Shown here: piece by piece, positions 1-12,547 of the stretch | Layout of the letters: every line of letters starts with the position of its first letter | Numbering within the stretch: the first letter of the stretch is position 1 | Source: Gekko japonicus | Lineage: Eukaryota | Direction: 5' to 3' | DNA length: 64,000 nt | Assembly (NCBI RefSeq): GCF_001447785.1 | Contig: NW_015162019.1 | Location: 62,001-126,000 of the forward strand | The notes under the pieces: generated by a model | The model's input: the letters and a program-made list of their open reading frames with translations, nothing else | Told to the model about the DNA's origin: nothing | The model's database searches: none | Program-made: the position numbers and the translations under genes

Positions 1-659
1 CAGCCACTGTTTCCTGCTTCTCTGTCCCAGTGCATTGTGAAACCAGTTTGGCAGCCAGCACCATCCAGCTGATCACAGCTCCTGGTCTCCACTGCAAGAA
101 GGCTAAAAATGGCAGATTTTGGGGTGGAGGGGATCTATCCTGTCCTGGAACATCTTTCTCCCCAAACCCTTTTATTCTTTTAACATCTAGCTTGACCCAG
201 GGCCCTGGAGAACTCATAAACTCGCTCATGGCTTGGTGGAAGTTTGATAGCTTCTAATAAAACAGCATACTTTCTGAACCACTCTAATGGTCTTCCAAAA
301 GCCTGATGCGCTAGTTTATCACCGTCTCTTAAATCCGTGCACAGGAGCAGGGATCTGGTTGCCCAGTGGTGTTGTGGCCAAACTCCTCACTGCCCAAGCC
401 CCTGTTGGGATCTTCCGCTGCCACACAACATACAAAACAAAAAGATAACCCACGATTGCTGGACAGGGATTTGCAAGCTTGACGCAGCAGCCTGGCCAGT
501 CTTTGCTTGCAAGCTGGTGCAGGTTTCATCCTATCATCGCACCCTATCGGTAGTCTGATCTGTGGAAGGACTAAACTAGCTGAGACCCAGGCTCAGAAGT
601 AGGTCACTGTGCAGGACAAGAAAGCCCATGACTTGTACTCTGGTGACGTTACGCAATAC

Positions 660-1137
660 CGGGGTGGCCAAACTTGCTCTACGTAAGAGCCATATAGAAT
701 AAACATCAGATGTCTGAGAGCCGCAAGACGTGAACAAATATTACACACACGTTTTTACTGGAAAATATGCAAATCTGCCTTTTGTTAACATTAAATGAGA
801 CTGCCAAAAATAAAAACAAAAGGGGTAAAAACAGATATTGATAATGATATCTATTTGTCCAATGATATTTGTTTGTTTGCTAATGACATTTATTTGTCTA
901 AGAGAGAGAACAATAGGGAGAGAGGTGGAAAGAAAGAATGAAAGAGGTAGAGAAAGCAAAAGGAAAGACGGAAGGAAGGAAGGAAGGAAGGAAGGAAGGA
1001 AGGAAGGAAGGAAGGAAGGAAGGAAAAGGGAGGAAAAGCATGCCTCCTCTTCACTTCCCCACCTGCCCTGCTGGGAGCCACACAATATGTGTGATAGAGC
1101 CGCATGTGGCTCCCGAGCCACAGTTTGGCCACCTCTG
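660..1137. mobile_element. Non-autonomous hAT DNA transposon containing a (GGAA)n microsatellite
   Basis: TIRs cggggtggccaaact / agtttggccacctctg; 8-bp TSD cgcaatac (652-659) / cacaatac (1138-1145). Confidence 0.8.
970..1023. repeat. (GGAA)n microsatellite
   Basis: Directly visible. Confidence 0.98.
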
Positions 1138-1747
1138 CACAATACCCTTAGCGGTCAGATCTCTTCTCAAAGCTGGCTGATCCAGGCTGCTGACCTGCAA
1201 GGCGGGACATCTGAAACTAGGCTGGGACCGTTGCCTCCTTGACCCCGGTTCCTTGCCCTGAGAAAGAGAGCTTTGCACATGGACTCACACAATTTTTTTA
1301 GCATTTCTGGCTCTCACAAGCACTGTCCCAGCAGCTGTAAATGCTGGCCTCAACCATGCCCGGCAATCCATCACTTTTCAGAATCCGTTTTTTACTTTGC
1401 GGAGAAGCTGGAAGTGGCTGCTGTCGAACCTGATTACAAGAAATTGCTGCCGCACGGCAGCGGAACAACACAGCCCCTTTTCTCGCAAGCCAAAGCAAGC
1501 TCCAAGTGTGCGTGTGTGGGGGAGGGGAGCACAGCCTCCTGCTTGAAATGCAGCTTGATCTTCAGAGTCGTGACAATGGGAACTGAAACACTGGCAAGTG
1601 TGAGGCTTGCTCCTCATGAATGGGGGCTGCCATGCCTCTCAATCGCACAAGGTGGCCAGAGCAGACCGCCCCCCCCCTTGATGAACACAAGAAGCTGCTT
1701 CATTGGTTGATCCAGCTCAGATATTGCCAACTCCAAATTGACACTTA

Positions 1748-1884
1748 CCCTGTTTCCCCGAAAATAAGACCTACCCCAAAAATAAGCCCTAGCAGGATTT
1801 CTATGCATTTGTGGTATAAGCCCTAGTGTGTCTTCTTGAGAAAAAATAAATATAAGACAGTGTCTTATTGTCGAGGAAACACGG
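1748..1884. mobile_element. Tc1/mariner-superfamily (Tc2/pogo-type) MITE
   Basis: TIRs ccctgtttccccgaaaataagac / gtcttattgtcgaggaaacacgg; TA on the left flank. Confidence 0.75.
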
Positions 1885-1886
1885 AG

Positions 1887-1888
<2 letters not shown>

Positions 1889-1945
<57 letters not shown>

Positions 1946-1983
1946 GAACGAGAACGAGAACGAGAACGAGAACGAACGAGAAC
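1889..1983. repeat. Compound microsatellite (AG)n-(AACGAG)n
   Basis: Directly visible. Confidence 0.97.
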
Positions 1984-2029
1984 ACACCTTTTTCCAGAAA
2001 TTATATATCTAGCACATTTTCATCTCACC

Positions 2030-2210
2030 CTTCCTCCAAGCATGGTTCTCCCTTTCCCCATTTTTTCCCCCCAACAACCTGCAAGGTAGGTTAGGCTGAG
2101 GGATGGTGACTGGCCCAACGTCACTCTGTGAACGTCATCGCCAAGTGGGGATCTGAACCAGGGTCTCCCAGGTTCTGGCCTGGCATTCTAACCACTCCAC
2201 AACACTGACT
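2030..2210 (-). mobile_element. MIR-like tRNA-derived SINE (Squam3-type)
   Basis: Motifs aggtaggttaggctgag, gtgactggccc and tgaaccagggtctcccag match the many other copies in this window. Confidence 0.8.
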
Positions 2211-2522
2211 CCCTCACTGAGAGCCTTTTTAAAACTGGCAGGAATTGAACCTGGGACCTTCGATGCCTGAACGATGGCCCTCCTCCCCTTTTGCATTTCA
2301 GATCCAAAGCATCTACATTTTTTTCCCTGCTGAGTCAGACCATCTATCCACCTACAGATCCCAAGCCAGAAAGAGAGGGTTTTCCACACAGCTGCTACTG
2401 GAGAGCCTTTCCTATTGGGGATTGAACTTGGGGCCCTCTGGATCCCAAAGGATCCTCCAGGGGGCCCTCTGGCTAACAGAGTGGCGGATTTCTGGCCACC
2501 TTTGCTTCGGTTCCTGGTGCTA

Positions 2523-2727
2523 GATGTTCCCTCTAAGCTGTGGAGTCTTGTGAGCAAAAATTCTTCTTTGTGAGCTACTGGCATTAAAGCTGTGAGCGAG
2601 CGCTTTGGCCACTGCATCAATTAGTTTGCTCTGGAGCCGTCCTTCCTGTGCTAAGACAAAAATGTGTGAGCTGGAGGCTACAAAACGGTGAGCTGGCTCA
2701 CACTAACTCAGCTTAGAGGGAGCTCTG
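2523..2727. mobile_element. hAT MITE family A, about 205 bp, copy 1
   Basis: TIR tgttccctctaagctg / cagcttagagggag; body matches the other full-length copies. Confidence 0.85.
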
Positions 2728-3240
2728 CTAGAGAGTATCCTGACTCAGTTTCCTAGGATAATCAGACCCAAGGCCTTAATTTGGGAGCAAGAGGTGGAAA
2801 TGTAAAGGGAATAGCCCTCCATAGGAGCAAACCCAGCTGCTTTATTACACCGGGAAGCGGAGACTCGTTTTTCCCGTAAGTGCCTGGAGCTTTCCCTGTT
2901 TCAGAGCCAGAACCGTTCTGCCTCATTTACTAATGGAGAATTACAGCGCTGCCTGTCAAAGGGCAGATCCTCTTGTTCACAAGCTCCCAGAATCATCAGC
3001 GGTGATGCTGAAGCAGGCAGCCCTTTGCCGGCTCTGCAGACACAGTAACCTGATTGCCTGAGTCAAGCTGAAGCTCAGTTTTACGTAAGAGGCCTTCCCG
3101 CGTCCTCTTACATCCTGTTTCTTGACACACATCTCAAAGATCCACAAGCACGGTTCCTAGAGTATCATTAAGCCCTTGTTTTGGTGAAATCCCAGATGGT
3201 ATGGTATGACCCAGATATGCTCCTGGAAAATGCCAGCTTG

Positions 3241-3410
3241 GTGCTGTGGCTCAGTGGCAGAAAACCTGCCCTGCTTGCAAAAAGCCCCACATTCAAGCCC
3301 TGGAAACAACTTCAACTCAAGGATCCTGGACACACAAGGCCTCTCTCAGCCCAAGAGCCTCTGCCAGGGAGAGGGGAAATTACTGGGTCAGGAAGACCAA
3401 AGAGCCAATG
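3241..3410 (+). mobile_element. Degenerate tRNA-derived SINE (Squam2-type)
   Basis: A-box tggctcagtgg, B-box-like ttcaagccc, body gagcctctgccag. Confidence 0.6.
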
Positions 3411-3560
3411 AGATACAAGGCATTTCACACGTACACACTGCAAGAAAGAAAAAAAAAATCAAAAGAGAGGAAAACTGAATTGTAACTCTTCAAGGTTTTG
3501 TCCCTAGGTCAGTGCAAAAAGCTGTCTCCGGTCCTCAGAACCAGGGGACTTACAATCTGG

Positions 3561-3705
3561 AAAGTTTGAGTCCAGTGGCACCTTTAGGACCAACATGCAC
3601 ATGAAAGCTTATACCCAGAATTAAACTGTGTTGGTCTTGCAGGTGCCACTGGACTCAAATGTTGTTCTTACCGCTTCAGACCAACATGGCTACCCACCTG
3701 AATCT
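3561..3705. mobile_element. Penelope fold-back remnant (inverted pseudo-LTR)
   Basis: Inverted arms tttgagtccagtggcacc / ggtgccactggactcaaa; same family as 4180-5520. Confidence 0.75.
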
Positions 3706-3956
3706 GGAGGGTGTTACTCAGAGTCTCTCCTAGCCTTACGTTCCTCCTTGGGGCAAGGAGGGCCCTTTGCCACTCTCACAGACACCCTGCTCAATGTTGC
3801 TTTTCTTCCTGAACACTCTTGAACAAATCACCTGCACTGCAGGACTGAGGGCTGGTTGTAAAGTATGGGATATGGGGAACCCAGGTTCAAACAATGAGAG
3901 TAGTTTTGGATCTCCCCAACGGAGGAAAGGTGGAGGTATAAGTATCTCAAAGTATC

Positions 3957-4165
3957 TCCGACCTGGACAGCCCAGGCTAGCCCAATCTCTTCAGATCTTG
4001 GAAGCTAAGCAGGTTTGGCCCTAGCTAGTATTTGGATGGGAGACCACCAAGGAACACCAGGGTCACGATGTGGAGGCAGGCAGTGGCAAACCACCTCTGA
4101 ACATCTCCTGCCTTGGAAACCTTGTGGGGTCACTATAAGTCAACTGTGACTTGACAGCACACACA
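3957..4165 (+). mobile_element. 5S rRNA-derived SINE with RTE/BovB-type tail (5S-Sauria type)
   Basis: 5S-like gatcttggaagctaagcagg...tagtatttggatgggagacc followed by tail ggggtcactataagtcaactgtgacttgacagcac. Confidence 0.85.
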
Positions 4166-4269
4166 GATAGTATGTATAGATTCAGGTGGGTAGCCATGCT
4201 CTTCTGAAGCAGCAGAACAAAGTTTGAGTCCAGTCAGGCACCTTTAAGACCAACAAAGTTTTATTCAAG

Positions 4270-4308
4270 GTATGGGCTTTCATGTGCATGCCACACTTCT
4301 TCAGATAC
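4270..4308 (-). ncRNA. Degenerate minimal type I hammerhead ribozyme motif in Penelope pseudo-LTR
   Basis: Minus strand: GUAU-CUGAAGA-AGUGUGGCAUGCACAU-GAAA-GCCC-AUAC. Confidence 0.55.
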
Positions 4309-4431
4309 AATGAAATGGAAATTACCAATCTATACACATAAGTAGAGGTTGAGCAGTAAATTAGCATGCAGCATAATGAAGATGTTTAACAGATTCAAGG
4401 ATCAAACAGGAATAATAAGTTTGGTTTATAT

Positions 4432-4610
4432 GAACAAAGTTAGTCCAGTGGCACCTTTAAGACCAACAAAGTTTTATTCAAGGTATGAGCTTCCATGTGT
4501 GTGCAGACAAAAGCTCATACCTTGAATAAAACTTTGCTAGTCTTAAAGGTACCACTGGACTCTAATTTTGTTCTAGTGCTTTAGATCAACATGGCTGGCC
4601 ACCTGGATCT
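4432..4610. mobile_element. Palindromic Penelope remnant nested in a Penelope of the same family
   Basis: Fold-back arms; flanking duplication tggtttatat (4422-4431) / tagtttatat (4611-4620). Confidence 0.75.
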
Positions 4611-5956
4611 TAGTTTATATAGTTACCATTTGTTTGGATTCAACTGGAAGAGGGACATAGTGAAGGAAATAAATATGTCAAAATTGGAAATTCATGTATC
4701 CTTAACTGTGGAATGCTGAGAGTAATTAAGTGAGACCCTGCCATTACACTCCATCTGTCTCCTCTCAAGCATGGAGGAGACTTTACAGCATCTTCTTCTT
4801 TGAAGTGGGGTGACTGGCTGTGTAGAGTTATCTCCCCCATCCCCAGATCAGAAAAATACATACCAATCTACCATTCCAAATTACATTACATTCTACTATT
4901 CATTGTGTTACATTACAATCTACTATTCTAATGTATTATTCCAAATAAGAAATAAAATAAAGAGGACGTATGGCCCTTTTGGGGGATTGGTGAGAATACA
5001 GATGTAAGGGCTGAATGAGGTTAGCATATGTAGTGAGACAAGAAATCAATATCCCTGTTAAGTCTTGAGATTCCATTGTTCTGAGTGTTGTAATAACTTG
5101 CAACACAGCAATTTCCCTTTCTAGTCTGTTCATGAAGTTCCTTTGCAATAAAACAGCTACTTTGAGGTCACCCAATGAATGCCCTGGAAGGCTGAAGTGT
5201 TCTCCTACAGGTTTCTCAGTCTTGTGGTTCCTAATGTCAGATCTGTGTCCATTTATCCTCTGGTGTAGGGTTTGTCCTGTTTGTCCTATGTAGAGAACTG
5301 AAGGGCATTGTTGGCATTTAATGGCATATACAATGTTAGAGAAGATGAGCGTGTGAATAAGCCTGAGATGGTGTAGTTGATGTTGTTAGGTCCAGTGATT
5401 GCGTTGTCTGGGTGTATGTGGCAGCAAAGTTGGCATCTGGGTTTATTGCAAGCTCTGGTCCCAGTGTCCATGTTCAAATTACATGTTATATTATTGTGGG
5501 TGAGGAGTTTTTTGAGAGTGGGGGGGGGGGCTGCCTGTGCACAAGAAAAGGTTCCCCCCCCCAGTACTTGTGAAAGACAACTGTTTTGAGTTCAGAGCTG
5601 TATGTGACCACCAATAAGTATATCAACAAATCACACGCTCCTCCAAGGCTTCTGACTGGCTGCTGTTAGAAACAGGATGCTTGGCCGGATGGACCCTATT
5701 TGGTCCAATCCAGCAAGGAAACTCTCACATCCTCAGCCCCTTGGGTGCTGCAGCTTCATCCCTGACGGTGTTTGGATTTCAGCAGAAACATTCAGCATTT
5801 AAAAAGCAATCTCTAATCCCTTGACCTTGGAATCCGCTCCAGGGCATCACAGGACATAATTAGTTTTGTTATCAGAATGCAAAGCTATTGCAAGAGGACA
5901 GGCGGTGCTGAGGTCTGGCTCTTCCTAATCCCAGGACTCTCTCGACCAAACAAACT

Positions 5957-5994
5957 NNNNNNNNNNNNNNNNNNNNNNNNNNNNNNNNNNNNNN
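5957..5994. other. Assembly gap (38 N)
   Basis: Run of n. Confidence 1.
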
Positions 5995-6232
5995 TGGACA
6001 GTTGCCTGTGCAACGCGGAAATGTGGTCAGGTTGGTAGCAAGTTACTGTAAAGTTCCACTGCAACCACTACAGCAGGAAGCTACAAGAGGGTTATTTCTG
6101 TGCCCCCTCCCTGGTCCTTCCCTTTTCCCGAAGGCCATGCGAGGCAACGGTATTGATGAAAATCAGTTTCCAAAACAGTGGAAAAAATACTCCTAAATTA
6201 AGCTCCTGTTCAGCTAACTACACCCATCCCAC

Positions 6233-6313
6233 AAAAGAAAAAAAGAAAGAAAGAAAGAAAGAAGAAAAGAAGGAAAGAAGGAAAGAAGGAAAGAAGGAAA
6301 GAAGGAAAGAAAG
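6233..6313. repeat. (AAAG/AAGG)n purine-rich simple repeat
   Basis: Directly visible. Confidence 0.95.
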
Positions 6314-7850
6314 ATTACATTCACCTGTTTCTCCTGCATAATACTCATCAATTTATATGTGGCATTCAGAACCCAAGGTGTCTTACAGCAACGTAATTAT
6401 GGAACAACAATGTCCAATCAAAGACAAACGATTTAAATTACAAAGTACAAAATACCTTAAAAGCCAATAGTTCAAACAGAACAGACAGATTGGAGTCCGG
6501 CAGCACCTTAGAGAGATCAACCAGATTTTCAGGGCATGAGCTTTTGAGACACAAAGCTTCCTTCTGATAGCTCTGGATACTGAACATATCTGGTTTGGTC
6601 CTCAAACTAACCCAAAACTTGCAAAAACTACTAAGTTTTCATGTGGCTGCTTCACACTGAAGTGTTGTGGGGAAGGAACCCCCTTGTCTAGGTGCAGGTG
6701 CCGCAACAAATAAGGCCCAGCCACCTTCACTGCTTTGGGCCTGATCCATCAGGGCTCTTCTCTGGTTCTTAGCAAGACAGGAGGAGGAATTCAAAATAGC
6801 CTCCTAACAAAACAAGTCCGAGAACCTGGACACGGTGTCAGGATGTGGCACAGATGGAGAGGGGGAAGTGTCTGGCGGCGCTCCAGGTACACCGATAACT
6901 TCCGACTACTGTTCCGGTCAAACTTTCAAAACTAGATGAAACCAAAGAGGCTGGGGGCAGGAAACCACAAAGAATGAGCTGAAAACCAGAAGCTTCAAGG
7001 CAGTGTAAACAGATTTGGAGGAGAGATTCCAGGACCAAAACCTCCCCCCCCCCCACAATAACCTTTTTTGAGCTGTGCAAGCACAGTGCAGAGTTTACAC
7101 TTGAAAGTAAATCTCAAACTGCCAAACAAGTGATGCAACAGCACGCCAGACACTGCTGCAAAGCTATGGATGAGACGTCTAGACTCTAAGAGACTGAACA
7201 GCAGAAGCTGGACTGCCTCGGCAGCATCCTGCCTCAAGTGACCCCACCCCTACCCCTTCCGGGACATGTGCATTCCAGGGTCAGCCTGAATATCTATCAA
7301 AGTGGCACACAGGGTGGCTGGCTGAAGGCTGTGAAGCAAAGCCATCCAAGGCAAGCCAGTTGTTGTTCAGCTGCTGGGACCGCAGCATCAGGCCAGCTCA
7401 ACGGAGCAGCCCTGCAGAGCACTGCTTGCAGGGATTTCCCTCCTTGGTTGCGGCAGCCAGCAGATGTCTATCGATGGGACTGAGTCAGAAAACGTGTACT
7501 TTGGCTGATGGGAGCTTTCCAAGAGCACCCACTGGTGGAGCCAAACAGACACAGACTGCGGGTCTCTGACTGTACGCGACATTCTGCAGCATGACCACAG
7601 CAGCCAAATCGCCCGCTGCTGAGGGTACAGAGCACACAGGCTGTTCCTGCTAAAGGGACAGAAACAGAACAAGGTCTGGGAGAGGAATTCAGCAGCCGGG
7701 AACTGGGCCACGAAGCTGCCCTATGCGGAATCAGGCCGTTGGTCCGCCCGCCCCAACAAGCAGTGCCTCCTCTGACTGGACAGGCTCTCAAGCAGAGAAC
7801 AGCCTTTCCCCAACACCTGAGACCCTTTTAATGAGAGACTGAACCTGAAC

Positions 7851-8057
7851 CAGCTGGTGTGGTGCAGCGGTTAGAGCGTTGCACTATGATCTGGGGGACC
7901 CAGGTTCACATCCCCGCTCTGACACAGAAGCTTGCTGGGTGACCGTCAGTCACGCACCTACCTCACAGGGTTGTTGTGAGGATAAAATGGAGGAGAGGAG
8001 AACAATTTAATCAGATCTGGGGCCCTGCTGGGAAGGAAAGCAGGGTATAAATAAAAA
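7851..8057 (+). mobile_element. MIR-like tRNA SINE (Squam3-type)
   Basis: Head tggtgcagcggttagag; B-box ggttcacatccc; cctacctcacagggttgttgtgagg; A-rich tail. Confidence 0.85.
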
Positions 8058-9074
8058 CAAAGCAGTTTCCCCACCACTGAGCTGCAGCGCTGGAAGTAGA
8101 AGACCGCAGCTTTGGGTTTCTGCTCACGAACATATGATTCTGGCTTTTGCCGAGTCAGATCATTCATCTACCTAGTCTAATATTTACTCTGACTGGAAGT
8201 AACTCTCCAACATCCCAGGCACAGAAAAGGCGCTCTCTGCACCGGGCACCCAAGATACCCTTTTTGACTGGAGATGCCAGAGACCTTTCTGCATGTAGTC
8301 TACAAATGAGCCAGGTATCCTCCTCAAAGGAAGGGTGGGCGCACTTGAAGGCCACTTCTAGGAAAGCCAGCATATCCACCTATCAAACTGTTTCCCAAAG
8401 TTACACTGTCATTAAACTGGAGGGAGGCTCCTCCATTAATTACTGTTTGTAAACGATAAGAAGCATAACTGCATATTCATATGGCAACGGTCTACTCTAC
8501 ACTAAAGGTTGAAAATTGGACCTGGTATGTGTACTTCCTTGTAGTACATTGGTCTGGTGCTGGCTTAGAAAGTCCCAAAGCCAAAAATTACCCAAGCGAT
8601 GCCATCACCCTATAAAGTTCCATGGTATCCCCTGCACTATGGGAGTTTCTGGCTATAGGGAATCCATTTTTGATGGCATTCCCTCAAGATGAGAGACACC
8701 TATTCTGCCCCCGATTCTTTCCAAGATAAGCAGCACATCTAAAGGGAAAAGTAAAAAGGGTGGAGGAGACATGCATGTATTTGAAATCTGCATAAGCCTA
8801 GTCATATCACACCTGTGGTATGGGCTACTTTTTCTGACCTGCCCAAACTTTCTCAGCAAATCCTTTGAAGTCTCAACAGAAGGAGTGGCTGATCACCATG
8901 TGATGATAGGCCCCTGAAGGAAGTTGCCCTGCTCCCATTGCTGTGAGGGGGGGAAATTACCATCAAAATTACCAAGGGTGCATTGCTATTTCTGTGAACT
9001 GCCCATACGAAGGCTATTTGTCAAGGAGTTAAAAAAAATGAGGTCTTCTCATTCTACACTTCCATCCTTTTGTT

Positions 9075-9463
9075 AAACTCCGTCCAGGGCATCCAATGAA
9101 GCTGATAGGAACTAGGACAGACAAAAGGAAATACTTCTTTACACAGAAAGTGATTAAAATGTGGAATTCGCTGCCAGAGGATGTCCTGATGGCCACAGGA
9201 ATAAACAGCTTTAAAAGGGGGTTAGATAGATTCATGGAGGAGAGGTCTACCAGTAGCTACTAGCCATCGTGCCTGAGGGGGACCTCCAGTTCAGAGGCAC
9301 TAAGCCTCTGAATCCCAGTGCCAGGAGGCAACATCGGGTAAAGGCCTCAGGCTTCATGCCCTGTTGTTCGCCCTCCAGGGGAACTAGTTGGCCACTGTGT
9401 GAGACAGGATGCTGGACTAGATGGACCACTGACCTGATCCAGCAGGGGTCTTCCTATGTTCTA
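9075..9463 (+). mobile_element. CR1 LINE 3' end
   Basis: [42 protein letters not shown], then 3' UTR ending tatgttct. Confidence 0.9.
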
Positions 9464-10448
9464 ATCAGGAATGAGGCCACCAAGCGACTTTGTGACAAGA
9501 GGCAAGAGTTAAAGTAGGGACCTTCCAGAGCACAGCTCATTCTCTGAGCCATTAGGCTACGTCAGTTCCTAGTCTGATACTGGCTTCAGAGAAGAAACAC
9601 AAACTGGAGTTTGCCCGTCAAGATGTAATCAAGAACTATGGTTTGCCTAAAACTGGAAGTCGCTAATTGACTTGGAGCAGAAGGGAGAGCAAGCAGTCTG
9701 TATGCAAAGAGCTTTTAGAGACAGAGAAAGACAATCAGGGTTCAGTAGGCACTCCCTACAAAGAGGGCAGATCCCCCCCTCAAGGCAAAAACACTACCCC
9801 CCCCCCCTTCAAGGAAGGACAGAGAAAAAGAGCTACACTTTGTGCTTTGATCTGCATAATGTGATCTTTGCCTATCTGGGTTTCAATCTTGCTGGCTGGA
9901 CAGTTAACTGCTGCTATGATAAAATTCAAGCTGAAACAACAATTGGTTGGAGACTAAAATCGGAATTCTCCTGAATGCCTTGTTTGAACCTGAAGGACAG
10001 AGCTAGCCTAGACAGTCCACCCAAGAAGCCCAATACAGCAAAGGGGCAGAATGAAGCTTGGAATGTGAATTTTAAAGTGAGTTAAGGATTACCCTTCTTC
10101 AGTTAACGGGTATTACCACCACCCACAAATTACACTATTTTCTGCTCTAAACTGTCACCACCCTCCATCCAGGGTAGTGGCAGTAAAGACACTTCTTTGC
10201 TTATCCACCCTGAGTGACTGTCCTACAACTAAACTTGGATAGAAACCTGGAGGTATCCCCCTCCAGCCATCTTTCTTCCTCATCATACCCTTTGCTTGCC
10301 AGTGCAACTGACCAAGGTTCTTGCCAGGTTCAGCAAACAGCAGAGAAGATGGAGGAAAACTGAACTGGGTGAAATTGGCAAGGTTTCCCTGGCACACCTC
10401 CCTGCAAGGAGGAGAGGTTACAATGTGAAAAAAGCCTGACATGTACAC

Positions 10449-10655
10449 CAATGTTCCATCTAAGCTGAGTTAGTGTGAACTAGCTCACAGTTTTTTAGCC
10501 TTTGGCTCACACATTTTTGTCTTAGCTCAGGAAGGGATGGCTCCAGAGGAAACTAATTTATGCAGCAGCCAAATCGCTCGCTCATAACTTTAATGCCAGT
10601 CACTCACAAAGTAGAATTTTTGCTCACAAGACTCCACAGCTTAGAGGGAGCATTG
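10449..10655. mobile_element. hAT MITE family A copy 2
   Basis: TIRs plus perfect 8-bp TSD atgtacac (10441-10448, 10656-10663). Confidence 0.92.
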
Positions 10656-10866
10656 ATGTACACACACACACACACAAACACACACACGAGCCAAATGTGC
10701 ACAGAGGTATTGAGGGAGGTGAGTGGAAGGCTAACAAGACAATCCAGAAATAACATGTCTGATCACAAAAGGACAGTCCCACATGACCTTTCTGTGCCCG
10801 AGACCCTGGAGAAACGGTTTTGCTCCAAGGAGTGAATTCTAGGCTAGACAGAGCAATGGCCAGATT

Positions 10867-11210
10867 TGGGGCAAAGTAGCTCAAGTGCTTAAGACGCTGA
10901 ACTGCAGACTGGAAGTTCAGTAGGTTCAACAGTTCGAGACCCGAGATGGAGTGAGCTCTCGTCTTTGGTCCCAGCTCCTGCAAACCTAGCAGTTTGAAAG
11001 CAAGAAATTGCAAGTAGGTAAATAGGTACCGCTGCGGTGGGAAGGTAATAGCATTCCGTGCGCCTCGGCGTCTAGTCATGCCGCCCACATGACCATGGAA
11101 ATGTCTCTGGACAGTGCTGGCTCTTCGGCTTGGAAACGGAGATGAGCACCACATCCCTGGAGTCGGATTAGACTAACTTTCGAGCAAGGGAAACCTTTAC
11201 CTTTACTTTA
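10867..11210 (+). mobile_element. Sauria SINE (Squam1), near full length
   Basis: tRNA head, gtgagctctcgtc body, aataggtacc, (ACCTTT)n tail. Confidence 0.9.
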
Positions 11211-11539
11211 CTAGTTTTGTGTATTATGGGAGAGGAGCCACAGCTCATTGGGGCTCAGAACCTCCTTTGAATGGAGCTGGTCCCACATTCTACTCCAGAC
11301 ACATTCAGAGGGATGAGAACGGCTTCTCTCTGCACGATTCCTTGGGAAGTGGGCAATTATAAGGTCAATGGACCACAGGCTGGACTTGGAATAAGGCAGT
11401 TCCTTATCTAATTTTTTATCCTCCCCCTCACGTGTGTCCCCATGATCTCTCCTCAAGATGCTCGCTTACAGGTTCTCTTCCCTGTCCTCCTCCCTTTTGC
11501 CCTCACATAAACCCCGTGAGGCAGGTTAGGCTGAGAGAG

Positions 11540-11893
11540 TAAGTAAAGGTAAAGGGTGCCTTGCTCGAAAGCCAGTCGAATCCGACTCTAGGGTTGCGGT
11601 GCTCATCTACGTTTCGAAGCCAAAGAACCAACGCTGTCCGAAGACGTTTCCGTGGTCATGTGGCCGGCATGACTAAACACCAAGGCGCACGGAACGCTGT
11701 TACCTTCCCACTGAAGTGGCACCTATTTATCTACTTGCAATTTCTTGCTTTCGAACTGTTGGATTGGTAGGAGCTGGAACTAGAGACGGGAGCTCACTCT
11801 GTCATGCGGCACACTCGGGTCTCGAAACGCTGAACTACCGATCTTCCACAGCCTGCAGTTCAGCGTCTTCACCACTTGAGCCACCGCAGCTCC
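11540..11893 (-). mobile_element. Sauria SINE nested in a Squam3-type SINE
   Basis: (AAAGGT)n tail on plus strand; 14-bp TSD ttaggctgagagag (11526-11539, 11894-11907). Confidence 0.92.
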
Positions 11894-12044
11894 TTAGGCT
11901 GAGAGAGAGACTGGTTCAAACTGAGCTTCACGTCATAGCGGGGGTGTTATTCCCTGTCTCCCCAATCCTGACCTGAGATACTGACTCCCGGACTCAGAAG
12001 ATGCAACTCTGTTAAGTAGCGACTGGTTGCCACATAAAACCTTG

Positions 12045-12492
12045 GGTGTCTACAAACTCATGCACCATATAGAGAAGATGGATAAAGAGAAGTTGTTCTC
12101 CCTCTTCTGCTAACACTCCACCCTATGGAACTGATCTGAGTTGGTTCAAGACAGACCCCCCCAAAAAAGAAGAAGAAGAAGGAACCACTACTTCACTCAG
12201 TGGGTAGCTGACCCGTGGAACTCACAGCTACAAGTTACAGTGAAGGCCACCAGCTCAGATGGATCTAAAAGAGAGTCTGGAGGACAGGCCTGTTGATAGC
12301 CATGATAGCTGCATGAGACCCTTTGGGTTCCGAGGCACAGTGCCTCTGATTGTCAGGAGCCTGGCAGAAGTCAGGATATGAAGCTCTGCTTGTGGGCCTT
12401 CCAGGGGTCATTACTGGTCCCTGTTGGAAGCAGGATGCTGGCCTAGATGAACCACAGGTCTGATGCAACATGGCAACTGTTATGTTCTTATG
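12045..12492 (+). mobile_element. Degenerate CR1 LINE 3' end
   Basis: VYKLMHHIEKMDKEKLFSL-like coding remnant; tail ttatgttcttatg. Confidence 0.8.
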
Positions 12493-12547
12493 GGTGCATT
12501 GGGTGTGGTGACTCAGCTGACACCACTCAAGAGGAGTAGAAGGCGAC

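Larger units (their letters stand above)
4179..5520 (-). mobile_element. Penelope-like retroelement 3' part (Zn-knuckle + GIY-YIG endonuclease, pseudo-LTR)
   Basis: Minus-strand translation across a frameshift: CNKPRCQLC ... NIVYAIKCQQCPSVLYIGQTGQTLHQRINGH ... PVGEHF ... DLKVAVL ... RLEREI. Confidence 0.9.

Noticed and set aside
1382-1505. Possible plus-strand exon (ESVFYFAEKLEVAAVEPDYKKLL...)
   Set aside because: Acceptor is plausible, but the donor is weak and the peptide is not recognised.
741-2089. ORFs with RKEG, ER or LSLS runs
   Set aside because: Translations of microsatellites.
3957-4070. 5S rRNA gene
   Set aside because: Diverged, fused to a SINE body and RTE tail, and dispersed in five copies, some with TSDs; it is a SINE head.
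7523-7538. CTCF-like motif (ccaccagtgggtgctc on minus strand)
   Set aside because: Mismatch in the core; cannot be separated from chance without ChIP or conservation data.
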